Assembly (NCBI RefSeq): GCF_009914755.1
Contig: NC_060926.1
Length of the DNA stretch: 64,000 nt
Direction: 5' to 3' (one strand)
Origin: the human T2T-CHM13v2.0 reference genome, Homo sapiens
Below, in pieces: positions 28,414-44,770 of the stretch. The translations under genes were made by a program, and so were the position numbers. How positions within the stretch are numbered: position 1 is the first letter of the stretch; each line of letters begins with the position of its first letter. Under the pieces are notes generated by a model. It was not told where the DNA came from, made no database searches, and saw nothing but the letters and a program-made list of their open reading frames with translations.

Positions 28414-31400
28414 TATTGTCTTTTAATTAAACTTTCTAGCTGTTTGATGTATGTAAATTTTATATCTTCACTAAATTTAATTGTTCTTAATCATTTGTTT
28501 ATGGATTTTGGGCATTTTCTATATAAGCAGTCATACCTTATGTGGGTGATAATGGTTTCTTTCCCTCATAAGATGATTTTAAAAGTGAATGGGGTTATAT
28601 AAACAAAGCAAACAACACAGTGGTTGGCAGCTAGTCAGTGCTCAGTAAATGCTTGTGACTACTGATATTATCGTCATTACTCATTAACAGAAGAATTTTA
28701 GAAATTTCTTTAACAAATTCCTTCATGTTGAAGAAAGAAACAGAGGCCCAGAACAAGTCCATGATTTGCCTGGGATGACATGACAACTCAATGCCAGGAC
28801 TGCACCTGGAAAACCTGGGTCTTTGGGCTACAAAGTCAAGTGCCCTTTCTTTTAATCCCCAACAAATGCAGGCTTCTGTCTGGCATAAACTTTTGCAATT
28901 GTAGTGTTTACATGAATGGGGCTTTCTGGCACATCCATGAAAAAAAATCTATTAAATCAGCAGCATGAATTAAGCTCTTTCTGTGTGCTGGGCTTCCCAC
29001 ATTGCACACGCTTCTAGCAGAGGAAGAATTTACACCCTGCAACTCAGAGGGGCAGAAAATGATAATTTATTTCCTTTTAAATATTCTCTATATGGATCTC
29101 ATCATTTCCTGTTGATGGCAGAGGAAGGAGGGAGAACCTTAAACTTGCCCATTGAAAGCAACTTAGACTCTTTTGGTCTAACTCACTTTCTTTTGGGTAA
29201 ATACACAGTTAAATAAAAATTAAGATTTCCTTCTCAAAGGATGTCTCTTCACTCTCTATGTCCCAGGTTGGCAGCTGGAAGAGGGAAACAATTATGGATT
29301 CTCACAGTGTGGAGTGGTGCCTCTGAACTCATCCTGCCTTTGAGACATAGCAGGTGCTGATTGAGCTGGGCCTGGCCTGATCATGTCTTTGAGCATCCAA
29401 TTCTGGGGCCACTAGGTCTAGCTGTCTCTGCTGGTGCTTTGGGACCTCCACTGCTCAGATCTTCCTGGCCCCAAAGATCTCTAAATCTCAGCTTTGTCTG
29501 TCATCTGTCTCTAGGCTCTGCAAAGGTGACCTCTCAGCAGTCTGGCTCGCAGCTACACCCTCTGGGGGCACGTAGAACACTGAGACCCCTTTCTGGCCAC
29601 AGTGTAGCAGAGGAAGAGGCAGGCTGTGGGGCACATGTGAGGTATTCTCAGATACTAGCTCAGCCTTAACTTCTCTCATCTTCTCTTCTCTCTGCATCCC
29701 TCCCTCCCCAACTTGCCTCTTGGCCAGAAGAGTGTCTCCTTCCTGTTGGGTGGGGTTTCCCTAACTTGATGTCCTCTGTCTTCTCTTTATTCAGGCTTAT
29801 AGCAAGCTCCACAGTCACACTGGCAAGGCCTAGCTCTTTGAAGATGAAGGGAACTTTCAGAATCTAGAATAATGTGTGTCCTCTTTCAACAAAACTTGAC
29901 ATTGGAAACCTGTTTCTCCATGGCCTCTAAAAATGTCAGTTTTGGCATGCAAATATTTTCTAAATATTATCCCAATTACCCATGGTTATGGCTGCCTTTG
30001 GGATTATGATGAAGACTGTAGTTGTGTAGAACATGTCATGCTCCTGACTCCCCTCTCGGGATATGGAGGCCACTGTCTTTGTGAGTGGATGGAGCTCCTT
30101 CCTCTGTCCATCTCTTAACTAATGAAAGCCAGGTCTGTCTGTTCTCAGCAGTCTTTCTCTGCCTAGCCACTGTACAGGACACTGTCACTAACACGTCCTC
30201 AAGGAATGACCTCTGACTTCTGGCCTGAAGATCTCTGTGGCCTCTATTCAACCTTTATTGAGAGCTTATTATGGTTACAGCTCTGTGCTCGTGAGAACCC
30301 AGAGAGAGCGAGACAGAATTGTCTTCAAGCTGCTCAAAGAGTAAAATCCATGCATAAAGACCTGGCTGTATCACAGCTGTGCTTATGATATTAGCAAAAT
30401 CCAGTACAACTAGGAAGAACATGTACAGAGAAGGAAGGAAAGGCAAAACTGTTGGGTCTAGTTTTCTTGGTTCCTACATGAAAGAAGGCTGGGCAATATT
30501 TACCCTCGATAAAGTTCATTATGCCTTGGGTATAGTAAAAATCTGAAGTTTTGCCTCTGTAGACCACTATTCTGCCAGGGCTGGGTGCCAGAGTGTATTT
30601 TACAATGCTGACGCCTGTCCGAGACAGTGGGTTGTGGTTTCTGTTCCACTCTCCAATGCACTTTTGGGAAGGCAGGTGACTGGGATGGACCTGCTCTAGT
30701 CATCAAATGTGGCAGGCCCACTTTCCATTGCCAACAAAAGTTAAGTAAATTAAATAGGGCCCCAAAGGAGCTCTCTAGGAGTTGGTGTATCATGAAATGT
30801 GAAGTGGGCTTGCCCCTATGCAAGAACTAAAAGAAACACAATTTAGTTATCTTTGGCTTCTGAGGCATCGGCAGAGTTTTCTGCTGCCAATATGAGATTT
30901 CAGTGGAGAGTAGGGTTTCCCAAATCATGTTGAAACGTGACATTGTTTTCCTTAGGCCCACAGGGCCTTGGCCTGACACTGAGCATGTATTCGTGTGTGC
31001 ACACACGACTGACCACTTTCTGCACGCTTCTTACACATCCGCCATGTGTCCGCCTCAGCCAGTGGAAGCCCTGTGCCACTCTTGAGATGCAGGTGGCTGT
31101 TTCTTGCTGCTGTCACTGTTACTGCTGCTGCCGCTTGCAGCCTAATTCCTCGCTGGTTTCAAAATGTGTCTCAGAGATTTCCCCAAATCCATTTCTCCAA
31201 ATTCTGAGTTGTTCATCCATGGATAACAACAGGATGGCATGGATGTAGGCACTGGTAAAGAAGCACAGAAGCATGTACTGAGGGTGTTAATTCTGAACAT
31301 GGAGAGACTGCATGTTCTGAAACACATCTTAGCATTTCTGTGTCCACATATGTGTATTGCATTTCAAGCATTTTTATTATTATTATTATTATTTTTGCTG

Positions 31401-31819
31401 GGTCGTGTCAATAGAACTGACAGCATCCTGTGACCATATCTTCACCTTTAGTGCTTTCTAAGTAAAACTCAGTGTCTTAATATAGCCAAAGGGAAGAAAA
31501 TCCTAGTGAGAGAATGAACTTTTTCTGACATTCCTGGTTGGTGAAATGCAATCCTCTTTTCCTGGCATTTGGTGAGGATAATTGAATTTATGTCTGGTAA
31601 CTAAGGGGATGCTCGGGAGCCTCAGGAACCATGAGCAGGAATGAGGATGGTCAGAAAGCACATTGGGTTATGTGGATTCAGTGACACAAACCCCAAGAAA
31701 CCTGGTGGCTTTTGGCACTGCATGTGATTAGAGACAAATGATCTATTTTCATCTTCTGGAAAAATCAATAAATACATATATAAAAGAGTGCCTTCAAGTC
31801 CTTTGAGCTATTAAGAATA

Positions 31820-32060
31820 GCTAACGTTTTGATTGCTTATTGCATGTCTATTGCTGTTCTAAAGGCTACATATGTATTCACTCATTTCTTCTTATAACGT
31901 CCCTGTGTGGCCCACGGTCATGTTATTTTCATTCCCATTTTACAGATAAGAAAATGGAGGTCACGAGCTGGAGAACTCCTTGCTCAAGTTGCATAGCTAA
32001 TAAGGGACTTAGCTGGGATTCCTGGCCAGCAATGTGGCTCCAGGCCTGGTTTCTAACTTC
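31820..32060. mobile_element. MIR
   Basis: cccattttacagataagaaaatggagg...ttgctcaag. Confidence 0.6.
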
Positions 32061-33200
32061 CCCTTCTTGGCAACCACCTTCACAGAGGAATGCAAGAGGT
32101 GAGTGGATTTGATGTGATATTTTATATCATGCCTATTTCTATCCACTTTCTCTGGAGTCCACTAAGATTAAAGAAGGAGAGAAATTCTCTAGTTCTACAG
32201 GAAGTGCGGGCTGTTTCCAGTGGGTCCTTGAAGTCCTTTGTCTGTTTCCAGTTTTTCCTTCAGGTCTTTTGAGCCCAGCTTCCCTCTGGCCAGCTCAGGC
32301 TCAGGGAGACGGGCATACACCGGTGGCCTGGGTGACAGTGTGCAGCTGATGAGCCACAGGACTTGGGCAGGCCATAGTGGGTCAGGAGAGACTGGACGCT
32401 TCGTCTTTTATGCTTCTGGGATTTCTGTTGTGGCTTCTGTTTTCACCGCATTTCAAATCCTTTAAGTTAGGTCATATGGGGAAAATGCTTGTGCTTCTCA
32501 TTTATCTCCCTGGAGGCTAGCCTGGATCTCTGATGAGGAGGAGCACCAGGCCACTCCATAACCACCGGGCTGCAGGATCTCCAGGGCCACCCAGGAAGCC
32601 AAAATCAGAACAGAGCTCCTTGCTGTGGGGGCTTTGCTCACCCTAGTTCTGGGAGCCAGCCAGCTCTATCTTGGGGATATAACTTTCCAGGGACAAGAGA
32701 TGCCTGATTTTGTGCAGACACCTGTGTCATGGAGAGTATTTCTTATGTTCCAAGCAGAGAAGTTCAAATTTACCAGTCTTCCTGTCACTCCACCCCCAAA
32801 ATCTGGCGACCCCACTCAGCTGTTTTTCAGGGCCCACCCTCATGGCACCTTCTGGGGACTCCCTCTTTGCTACTGAGGTTGAGACCTAGCACTAGGTTTT
32901 GTGCTAGAAGCGCCTTGGGGGCAGAAACCCCCATATGCCAGCTGCCCAGGTCAGGACTGCATGTTTTCCTACTCACCGCCACCTTGCCTTGTATAGAAGA
33001 GGTGTGGCCACGTGCGGAATCCGCGGGCACAGGCAGCGAGGCCAATGAATGGTATCTTGCCTGCGGTCTGCTCTTGGGAAGGGTCCTCTAGTCCCGGTGT
33101 CCAGGGACCCACAGGCTACGTCACATAGTCTCCATGTCTTCTTGTGGGAAGGTACCGTGTGAGTCTTTTTAAAAAGTAATCTTAAAAGAGAACATCTTTG

Positions 33201-33316
33201 ACTGGGCGCAGTGGCTCACGCCTGTAATACCAGCACTTTGGGAGGCCGAAGCAGGCAGATCACACGGTCAAGAGATCGAGACCATCCTGGCCAACACAGT
33301 GAAACCCCGTCCCTGT
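33201..33316 (+). mobile_element. Alu left arm, 3'-truncated
   Basis: ctgggcgcagtggctcacgcctgtaa...gagatcgagaccatcctggccaacacagtgaaaccccgtc, then an abrupt end. Confidence 0.85.
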
Positions 33317-36300
33317 CGCTTGGAATCCCTGGAAGAAAGCAGAACCGAGAAGAGAAGCCCGGGTTTAACGCTGTGGTTTCTTTTTTGCAAGATAAAACCA
33401 TGTGATTTAGATATATGCAAACAAATCTTGAGTTAAAGGAAACTGAGTTTCAAATTAGATAATTGTCTCTGAGAAAGGCATTCATATATCTCATATTTCA
33501 TTTCTAACTTTTTATCATAGAACATCTTAAACATACACCAAAATAGAGAAAATTATAATGAGCTCCCATCTGTCACTTGCCTTCAACAATGATCAACTTA
33601 TGGCCAATTATGTTTCAGCTACAACCCAATCTCGCCCCATTCTAATTTTTTTAAAGCATATCCTAAACATTGTATCATTTTATCTGTAAATATTTTAGTA
33701 TATATCTCTAAATATATATGAACTCTTATTTTTAATAGACATAATCGTAATCATCATGATTTTAGGAAATGATTTTAATAAAAATCACACCCAATTCACG
33801 AAGTTAAAAAACCCTCCCAATATTCACACCCTTCTCATTACTCTTGGTTTTAAATGACTTTTCCTGTTGTTTGAAGCCTGCGTTGCAGTCTGACTCTGAT
33901 CCTTCCAAAAACTGCTCCTAGAGAAGCTAGAGGTACACTCTGAGATTAAGCTACCTCAACTTCAAGCCTCTGGATTCTGGGAGGAGTTGAGTCCACCCTC
34001 TGATCTAGAGTTTCCAGGCATGGCTTTGTGAATGCACCTACCTTCTTCCCAGATTTTTGCCCGTCTGACCCTCTTACATGAGAACATCCCCATACATGGC
34101 TGTGGAAAATCCTCAAGTGCAATGAAGGCAAGACTGAAAACAGAGCCGCTGCCAAACAGAGCAGCAAGTTGAAGGGCAAGTGCCTGTCAACACAATCCCC
34201 TTGAAAGACTATAAAGAGCTGCCAAAACATGAGATGCATCTGACATCCAGATAGTATTAGCTGACTGCTTCCCAAATGGGTTAGCTGTCTACAGAAACGC
34301 CCTAGGTAGCTGATATGAATCGCAAATGTGCTGTGACTTGATTAATTTGTAACAGTCAGAAATTAGGTAGTTCAGTGCTAGTCATGCTCAAGCTTAGTAG
34401 TAGCTGGTTTAGTTGTTTTTTGTTTTTTGTTTTTTTCTGTGGGTAATTGGATCTAGGATGATAGTGTACCATCCCCCAGCAGTCATAGAAGACATGGTAA
34501 AAACTAGCTTTACACGGGTCCTGGACTTGAGGTCACGGGTGTGGAAGGTGATTCACTAGGGAGTTGGCTCTTAGCTTAGTGGGTCATGTATTTCTGAGAA
34601 GCTTCTTTCCTGAGGTTTACAGTCAGTTTCAGAGGTGAATGAACTGCTTCAGATGATCAGAAAGATACACTCTGTCATTATTCCCCCAAGAATAATCTTT
34701 GCTTCTGTAGTTACATTAAAGCTAAATTTTGCTGCCAGAGTAGGAGCCATCCATTATATTATAATCGATGACATGAATGTTTTGCTCAAGTTCAGATGTC
34801 TAATAAGAGTCATTTTCTTTCCGAGGGAGTGTTATCAGTTTCATGAATATGCGCTCTGTATTTCATTAGCATTCTTCTAGCAAAACATGATTCTGAGTCA
34901 TTTCTGAAATATCTGCTCTCGCCTGCAACTTGTTTCTCAGTTTTTACAAAAATTGCCTTTTCTACTTACTGGCAGAAAAGTTTGATACCACACGAGCCTA
35001 AAATGGGTATGCTGAGAAAAAACACAGCACACCTATGGAACCGTGACCACAACAGTGCATCGGTCTCTGTCCCACCGTCTCATTCGAGGTTAATCCCTCT
35101 CCACAGGGCGGCACCTCAGCAGGGAAGGGCGAGTCTGAGGACTGAGGGTAAACAGTCATGACATGGGTATTCACTATCATGGCTTTCTTAGATTTTTAAG
35201 CCAGAATGAAGTTCAGAGAGCTTGTCAGAGGATGTTGAATGAACAGAAAAGGAAATTTGGAACCCATATGAAAAGAGCTGCTTTATGAATCACAGAGAGC
35301 TTTTGAGTTCCAGCTTACAGTAATTCAAATACCACTCACTTATATTCAACTGAGAGCAGCTCTGGCCCAGCCTTGTCCCCTGACCCCGGGGACACTTTCT
35401 CTAGGATGAACAAGAGAAGGTGTTCTCCACTGTACTAGCTGCCAGTGTGTTTCTTTCAACCAAGGAAGTATCCATGTCTCTTATTCTATGTCATTATTGT
35501 AAGAATGGTCTACCTTGATCCTTAGAAGCCAACCAGGATGGAGTCCCATTTTGCAGAGTCTGCTGTGACTGCCAGCCACCCCTGTACCATGGACTTCCAC
35601 AGCAATGATGCTGTGCTGCATCTCCATCCAAAGGGATTGCATCTGTTTTAATTGCTTGACTTTCAAGGACACTCAGGGACAGGTACTCTTCCATAATTCT
35701 ACGTCATCCCAGTTTCACAGGGGCGTGAATTCCCCATCCCCTGCAAGGTCTACTGCTCTCCAAAGTGTGTGTCTTTGAGATGGAGGCTCTTCACAGGGTT
35801 CACCACCTCTGCAAGTAGGGCTGTGACAACTCAGCCTTGTGCACTGCCACAAAAGGCCCTTCAAGAGCTTCTAGAAATTTCTGGCTCACAGAAGCCACTG
35901 GAATACTGTAAATGGAGTTGGTTTTGGTGGCTCTGTCCTTTGATGGGAGGCTCTGTCTCCTGAGGCCAAGATTGAAGGCAGGATCTGAAGATTGTGCGCC
36001 TGGATCAACTCTAATCCTTTCCAGCCCAAGAGAGTTGTTCTTGCTTCTTCTTGGACTGTTGTGAGAAACTTCCACACTGACTGCTTGGAAGTGTCACATG
36101 TTGGACCTCTTGGTACCAGTGTCTCTGACAGACTCATACCACTGGGAGCTCAGAGCGAGTGGCTGAGGCCAGCAGAGCTGAACACTTAGTGCCCTGTCCC
36201 TGCATTCTGTGGGATCAAGAATGAACTGGAAGTAGGATGCCGCCCTAGAGGAGGCACAGGTGCTACAGAGGCAGCTCAGCTCAGGAAGCGGACGTGAACC

Positions 36301-36973
36301 CCTTCCTACCCCCCATTAGTGCTGTGGCCATGAGGCCCCCTCACCTGAGGGGGAACACCTCTGTCAGCCTGGCTATCTGCCACCAACAAACACTTTTCCT
36401 GGGAAGGGGCCTGGATTCCTCCAGTTGAGCCTCCTTAGATGCACAGGTTGCACCAGGGTGGAGGCCACAGCCAAAACCAAACAGTGTAGCATGAACAGGC
36501 CAGGCTCCCAGACTGGGAAGGGAGGACTGGCTGGAGGCAGCAGGAGGCTGGAGCCACATTTGCCTGCAAAAAGTCTTTTCAGACGCACATCTCAGGCCAG
36601 TTACGCAACTGGCTCCTGGATCCCTCTGCCCAGGCCCAGTCCCTCCCATTGCCTCTCAGTGTAAAGCAGGGAATGCTGCAGGATGGAGAGTCCTAAGCCT
36701 TAATCGTGGATCTTGGGATTCAGAGTCCAGAGAGGATAAAGAAGCAAATTCACAGTCAACACTTCCTTTTTTTGGATGTTTACCATAGTGAAGTTTTGTG
36801 CAAAGTGCTATGCGGACATGATCTGACACATCATGTTCCCCCACCCTCCCGGCCCAGGATCTGAAGGTCCAGCAGGAGAGGCAAGCCAATGCTAACCAAG
36901 GCTCAATCTGATACAGGGACACAGACTGCTCTGGACTTCCGTATATGCCTTTAAAAATATATATATATCTTTA

Positions 36974-37076
36974 GGCTGGGCGTGGCGGCTCACGCCTGTA
37001 ATCCCAGCACTCTGGGAAGCCGAGGTGGGTGGATCACTTGAAGTCAGGAGTTGGAGACCAACATGGTGAAACCGCA
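36974..37076 (+). mobile_element. Alu left-arm fragment
   Basis: ggctgggcgtggcggctcacgcctgtaatcccagcac...acatggtgaaacc. Confidence 0.85.
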
Positions 37077-40000
37077 TTTATTTATTTTATATATATATAA
37101 TTTTATTAATAAATACCCTGGAAGGACCTTGTTCCTTTAACGTGCTGGCACCTATAGCAGGGACCAAATTTGTACTTTTACAAACTGTCTGTACTGGTCT
37201 AAGGAGGAGCAGAGGCGCACATACAATAGCTGCTTATGCAGAATCACTGGAAAACAGGTGATTCCTGAACGTTGCTAGATGAATATAACTCAGAAATAAC
37301 CCACAGCCTAGATTAGTAATCTGTGAAAGTTGGAGACCAAATGAAATTTGTTTAGCAATAAAATGCTTTTGAAGAGAATTTCTCTTTCTTTGATGTTCTT
37401 GCTCATTACTGTACACTCTAATGGTGTTGGGCTCAGAACTATTGCTCAATAGAGGTTTGATAAATGAATGCTCCAGAAGACACACAGAGGCTATCAGTGT
37501 GGTCGTTGTCAATGAGTGTCCCAGACATTAAATAAGAGCCTGCAATGCCTGAGAGCCATGCGCAGAGATCATGGGACTGACACCTGGGGAGAGGTTCTGA
37601 AGGGACCTAAGCACACAGACAGGAGGGAGGTGTCATCAGCAGATTCATCCAGCCCCATGTTTTGTAGATGAATAGTTCCAAGACACTTTTTAATAGTTAT
37701 CCAATCCTGTATCTCCTGAGCATGCTCAGTGCCATAGAGCCTCAGTTTCCACATTTCCAAGCAGACTTTTCTGTTCTCTCATAAGCACATTTGAGAAAGG
37801 ACTTGTTTCCCCTTGCTGTCATAAATGCCCTTGCTTTCAAGTTCAAGCCAAAAAGAAGCAGTGCAATTGTTCTTCAAGCTGATCCGGTGCAGAGGAACCG
37901 CAAATGCCAGCTCCAGCTATGGTTTCTAATTGAATATGACTTTCTTTGTAAATGCCTGTCCTTGCCCCCAGCAGCAAACTGACAACTAGGACTTGCCTTT
38001 GTGAGCTGAAATGATGTCGCTGATAACCAACAGCTTGTATTAATTTTTCCTGATAATCTCATAGTACTTTTAATGAGATTGGTGGCAAACATGCCATTCT
38101 GGGGCAAATTAATTTGTCCTTGCAAAACAGAGTGTCAGCGATTTTTATTTCCTTTGTCTGACGTGTAAATGGGTTGTTTCCAATGGCAATTGATACAACC
38201 TAGTATTTTCGGCTGCACTGAAGGGAGAACAAGATTTTGCCAAGAGCAACAAAATCAGCACAACCACAATTAAAGCAGATGATCGACATTTGGAAAATGG
38301 TCTGCTGATGTTTCTTCCTTCGTTTTCCATGCTGAAATAGGTTGTGATTTAGACAAGGGCCAAAGAGATGAACAAGGCAGCCAGCGGCTGCTCAGCCTCC
38401 ATGTAGCCTGGTCATGGAGAAGCAAAATCGACATGAAATGTGACCCTCTCTCTTTTATGTGCTTTCACATGCTGTGGTCAGGAACCAAGTACTGTATTTG
38501 CATTCACTGCTCAGGCACTGTGCGGTGACCTGCTTTTATGCCACTTTGCATTGCTGAAGTGATGTGGGTGAAAACTGGAATCCTAGTTAGAAGGAAACAT
38601 GGCATCCGACTCTTCCATTCTCTCATTTCCAATGTATTGTGTTGCCTCTCTCACCCGCCAAAGAAATGAAATGTGATTTTCTACCAGAGTTGGAAGAGTT
38701 TTGGCCACAATATAAGTCATTATGGCAGTTTCCATTTTCTTTGCTATACATTTTGAACAAGGAACCACAGTTCATGGAATTGCATTGAAAATTAACAGCT
38801 TTTTTTTTTCTTTTTTTTTTTTTGGCCAAGCTAGCCAGAAAGGAACTTGCATGAGAAATTCACTAATGCTAATGCAGTTTTTCAAGTGGTAATATTTCTA
38901 GAATTTTAATTAGGACTTTTTTTTTGCTTTGAAGGGTCCCATCACAGAAGAGAAAGGAATGCTAATATTTGTCTTTGATGGCCAGCAGGGTCCTGGAGGA
39001 CATTAACGTTTTGCAAGCTGAATGAGGTCTTCCCACTGACACGAGCATAAAGAGCAGGTGGATTTAACAGCTTTCATTCCATTTTCTATTTAGTTTAATC
39101 AAGATACCAGTTAAGAACAAGGGGAGGCTGCTCCCAGAGCTTCTCTGTCCTTTTAGGGGTTGACCCTACTGGCTCGGCTGGCTGTGGATTAGACCACACC
39201 TGCTACAAATCAACAAATAATGAACTTCGGATGCTGAGAACCTGAAACACTACATAAAAGAGGGCATAAACAAACTCTTCTTTTTCAACATATGATGGGC
39301 GATTGAAGCGGTCAGTGGAAGATAGCTGTGCACAAGAATGTGGGCCTCCTCCCTTGAGCCAAGGTCTCAGTTTTATGATTCCTAACTTAGAGTTAAAAGA
39401 AGCAAGCCATACAGGTAAATGATTATCAGGCAGAGAGGCCTAGAATGCATTACAGTTATGCAAAACCTGGGTTTTTCATAGGTGTTTTTAATGTTGGTGT
39501 GAACAGTGGAGCCAAATAGCATCTTGTAGCCCCTACGTGGGCACGATTCTTTCCTGGGCGACACCGTCTGCATGCCCCATGGTGACATTCCTGTGCGCTT
39601 GCTACAGTTGGCTAGTAATCCTGGCTTTGAAGAAGGTTTTCCAGTTCCAATCACCATGTTCAAGACAATGTGTGGGCCAGTATTCTGGGTCATGCGTCTT
39701 CCCCAGGAGCTTTGGTTAAAGTGAGTTTGAGGAAAATATGGGTGCTCTCAGATGCTCACAGACCACGTGGATGTGAAATTTAGACTTTTATTTGGATGAT
39801 AATAAAGACAGACTTTAAATGTTTTCAGAGTAACTGGACAGCTCTATCTGTCTCAATAACTGCAGGCAGTTCAAATTCAGCAGGAAACTACTCAGGTTCC
39901 TCCTAGCCCTGCCCCATTCTTTATAACATGGAAACCCTGATTCCCCCCGCCGAACACTTTCCTTCAGGTAGCAGGATTTTTGCTTCACCGTAAACACACC

Positions 40001-41181
40001 AGGATCACGGATGATGATAGCATTTATTGCTTGGAATAAAAAGTGATTTGCGGCCCTGTAAATAGGACAGCAAATAGTTTTGCTTTTGACCTAAGGCTCC
40101 CATGTCACTTCATGATTTCATTCATCTTCATATTCAAAAGAAGGATAAATAAACTGCTTTCCTGCTTAGTAGCTTGGTCATCTGAAATCCAGTATCTGAC
40201 ATCAATTCCCAGTGGGAGAAATTGTGCTTTGCTGCGTGTGTCTTAACTCAGTCTCTGATGTTCTGGTTCTGACTCAGGATGTTGGTGACAGCTGCACCAC
40301 ATATGCCACGTCTTTCATGCTAGACTAAGACCAGACATCTTTTCTGGTGCGCATGGAGTCACACTGTGACCTAGAAGACAGTGCTTTGAAATAATGACAA
40401 AGCACAGAGGCAAGGAATGAAGTTGACATTGCATACCAACGGCATCATCAAATTTGTCCTCAAATGTCACTGTGTAATGCTGAGTGATTTTTGGAATCTC
40501 CCTAGTTTCCCCCAAGCAAATTACATATCTTCATAGGCACATCGATATCAATGTTTTGAATGTAATATATTTTAATGAATATGTAAACATGTACAAATAA
40601 ATATAATGAATATAACAAGTATGACTGTCCTATATGAGACATAGATATTTTCAATAAATGTATATTTATTATGAATATATATTTATAATATAAATATCAA
40701 TACAATGTTGTTGAATGGGTGAATAAATCCTTTAAAGCAGCCTCAATGTTATAAGTAGTCACTGTGATTCATTCATCTCATACAAGCATTCTCTTTCTAT
40801 GGATGTAATTAATACTTATGGCAAATTGACTTTTCTTGAGTCTCATGAAATAGAAAAATTCCTTTCTGACATTTTGACTATTCTAATATGGCACAATATT
40901 ATAATTTTAGTGCATGTAATCTTTTCCACCCAGAAAATTGGCACTTTCTAAATTCCTGGTTTCTTATTTGAAAACAAAAAAGACAAAAATTATGACAAAT
41001 ACTACCAAATTAATATTTAAATTATATTTGAATGGCAAATTAATACTTAAAATTACATTGCTAAAAACTAATTCCAGATACGGAGCAAACTTAAATGAGA
41101 AAGATAAAACAATTTAAATTTTAGAAGAAAATATAGGAGGGCAACTTCATGATTTTGGCCAAGGCAAAGATTTCTTAATTA

Positions 41182-41688
<507 letters not shown>

Positions 41689-42499
41689 TCAAAAACCCTT
41701 TGAGGGAAGGAAGTTTCTGGGCAGCAGAAGCTTTACCACCATCCACTGTCACATGGATAGGGATTGCAACATACTGGCCCTTCACTAATAACATCTCGTC
41801 CCATTTGGATGGCAACCCTGTGAAGTACATATGATCATGCTAGGGAAACTGAGGTTGAGTGAGGCCTGGTGCCATGCCCGAAGTTGGGCTGCTGTCCAGT
41901 GGTAAGGCACGGGCTAGCTGTGTCGGCCCTAAAGGGCACCCCACTACATATCCCCAAGATACAGGCCACGGGGCTGCACCCTCAGCCACGGCCCAGCGTC
42001 CCCAAGGCTCAGCATGAGTTTGCATCTGCTCCTTCCCTAGGAAGTCATTTATTTACATAAATGACTAATGATCCTGGGCAAGGGCTCCTGTTGGGCCACA
42101 TGTTCTGCTTTTTAAAATTCAGAGCCTAGGTCAACTGTTTGATAGAAAAATGAAAACATAATGTAAATTCTAAATAAAGCTGATATGCAAAGAAACTGCC
42201 CTGTTAACTTACCTTACTTGTAGATCATATTTTCGGTGGAAGTCTGTTCAGTTTAAAGATAAACATGACATGATTAGAGGAGAAAGAGGATAGCCCCTCC
42301 CTTTAAGCTCCAAGATAATTCAAGACATCAGTTAACTATTGAGCGATTAGAGAAGGTGTTTTGGGAGCTGACCTTGACCTAGTATTCTCAAATCTCCTTC
42401 CCCTCCATAAGGCCTGGTATACTTCATGTTGCTGGCAGTCAACATCTGTCTGGCTTATGAAGAACGAGATAATCACACTCATTTTGGGGCCTCAGGCTA

Positions 42500-42882
<383 letters not shown>

Positions 42883-43036
42883 GAGTCACGAGTCAGGAGT
42901 CAGGTGTAAATGCCTGTATATCAGACTGTATTTTAGAAATTTGCTTTTAAAAGTTACCCTTGTGACTGAGACTCAAAAAGAAACTTCCAGGATGAATGTT
43001 CAAGCTTTTTTTTTACTTAATAAAAATACAGCTTTA

Positions 43037-43345
<309 letters not shown>

Positions 43346-43526
43346 GTAAAACAAAAAATTTTGCCTGTGATACGATAATGAGTTTCTTTTAAAACTTCTG
43401 AGATTAGTGTCTTAGAGATTTAACTGTTGTGTTTTGCTGCTTTCAGCTTGTTCTCCCTTTAAAAAGGCCTGGGATCATTGCTGTCTCCTTTTCCTTTTTC
43501 ATCAGCTCCTGTGACGTTTTCATCTC

Positions 43527-43817
43527 AACACTTTGGGAGGCTGAGATGGGCGGATCACTTAGGCCAGGAGTTCGAAATCAGCCTTGCCAACATAGCAAAA
43601 CCATATCTTTACTAATATTACAAAATTAGCTGGGCATGGTGGTACATGCCTGTAATCCCAGCCACTCAGGAGGCTGAGGCATGAAAATAGCTTGAAAACT
43701 GGAGGCAGAGGTTCCAGTGAGCCCAGCCAAGATTGTGCCACTGCACTCTAGCCTGGGCAACAGAGCGAGACTCCATCTCAAAGAAAAAACAACAACAACA
43801 ACAACAACAACAACAAA
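43527..43817 (+). mobile_element. AluS, 5'-truncated, (CAA)n tail
   Basis: acactttgggaggctgag...gagcgagactccatctc followed by aacaacaac. Confidence 0.88.
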
Positions 43818-43899
43818 ATGATCCCCCAAGAATCAATAATAACCAGAATAAGGAGCCATTATCAGATATTCTTTATTACTCTTAATTACTGTTAGGCTT

Positions 43900-44770
43900 C
43901 AGGAAGCCACTAGTTGGGTACAGCTGCCCAGGACTAAACCTGTTTCTTACAAGGTCCTACAGCCACAAAAGGTGGACACCACAACCTCCATTTATAAAAC
44001 AGAAAACTTAAGGCTGTTGTTTTGCAAACACATAGATTAATAACATGGTTCTGTAGGTGGACCTAGGAGCATTAATTTTTCCCTCTCTTCCAATTATAAT
44101 TTTCTTGTTTAACATCCTAGTAAAGTTTATGTCTTCTAAATTTCATGTAAAGATGATACGGTCTGTCATAAGTCTTCCAACCCATTCTGTCTTCTGACCC
44201 CACAAATGAATGCATCGTGCCATTGGGCCCCTTAGTTCAGGTACCAAAGATTTTTACTCCTCAAAGGCTAGGGAAGGCCTGCCCCCATAAAGTCAGCAGG
44301 AAGCACTTACAGAAAAGGGACTCTGCTCTTCTGCAGTCCCCTTAAGATTAAGGAGGAGTATCGAATCTCTGAGGGAGCAATGAGATAGGAGGTAGGTGGG
44401 ACTCAACCCAGGACCAGATTGAAGACTGGCTGACACAAGGAAGAGACACTGGAAGCACCTGTCCATAACACATGCCCACCAGTGCCATATCAGTTTACCA
44501 TTGCCATGGCAACACCTGAAAGTTATTGCCCATTTTCTAGCTATTTCTGAATAACCCACTCCTTTATTAGCATGTCATTAAAACTGGGGATAAATATGAG
44601 TGCAAAACTGCCCCTACGCTACTGCTCTTGGCACAATGCCTATGTGGTAGCTCTGTTTCACAAGAACAGTCACAAAGCTGTAACACTGCCACCTCAGTAA
44701 AGCTGTTTTCTTCTACCACCAGCTTACGCTGCATTCCTTCCTGAGTGAAGCCAAGAACCTGCCCTGCACC
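43900..44770 (+). mobile_element. ERV1 (MER4/MER41-group) 3' internal remnant plus LTR (~44381-44770)
   Basis: tcagcaggaagca...gaggagtatc, purine tract gagggagcaa before tgagatagg, and LTR motif cagtttaccattgccatggcaacac; ends ...tgcacca. Confidence 0.55.
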
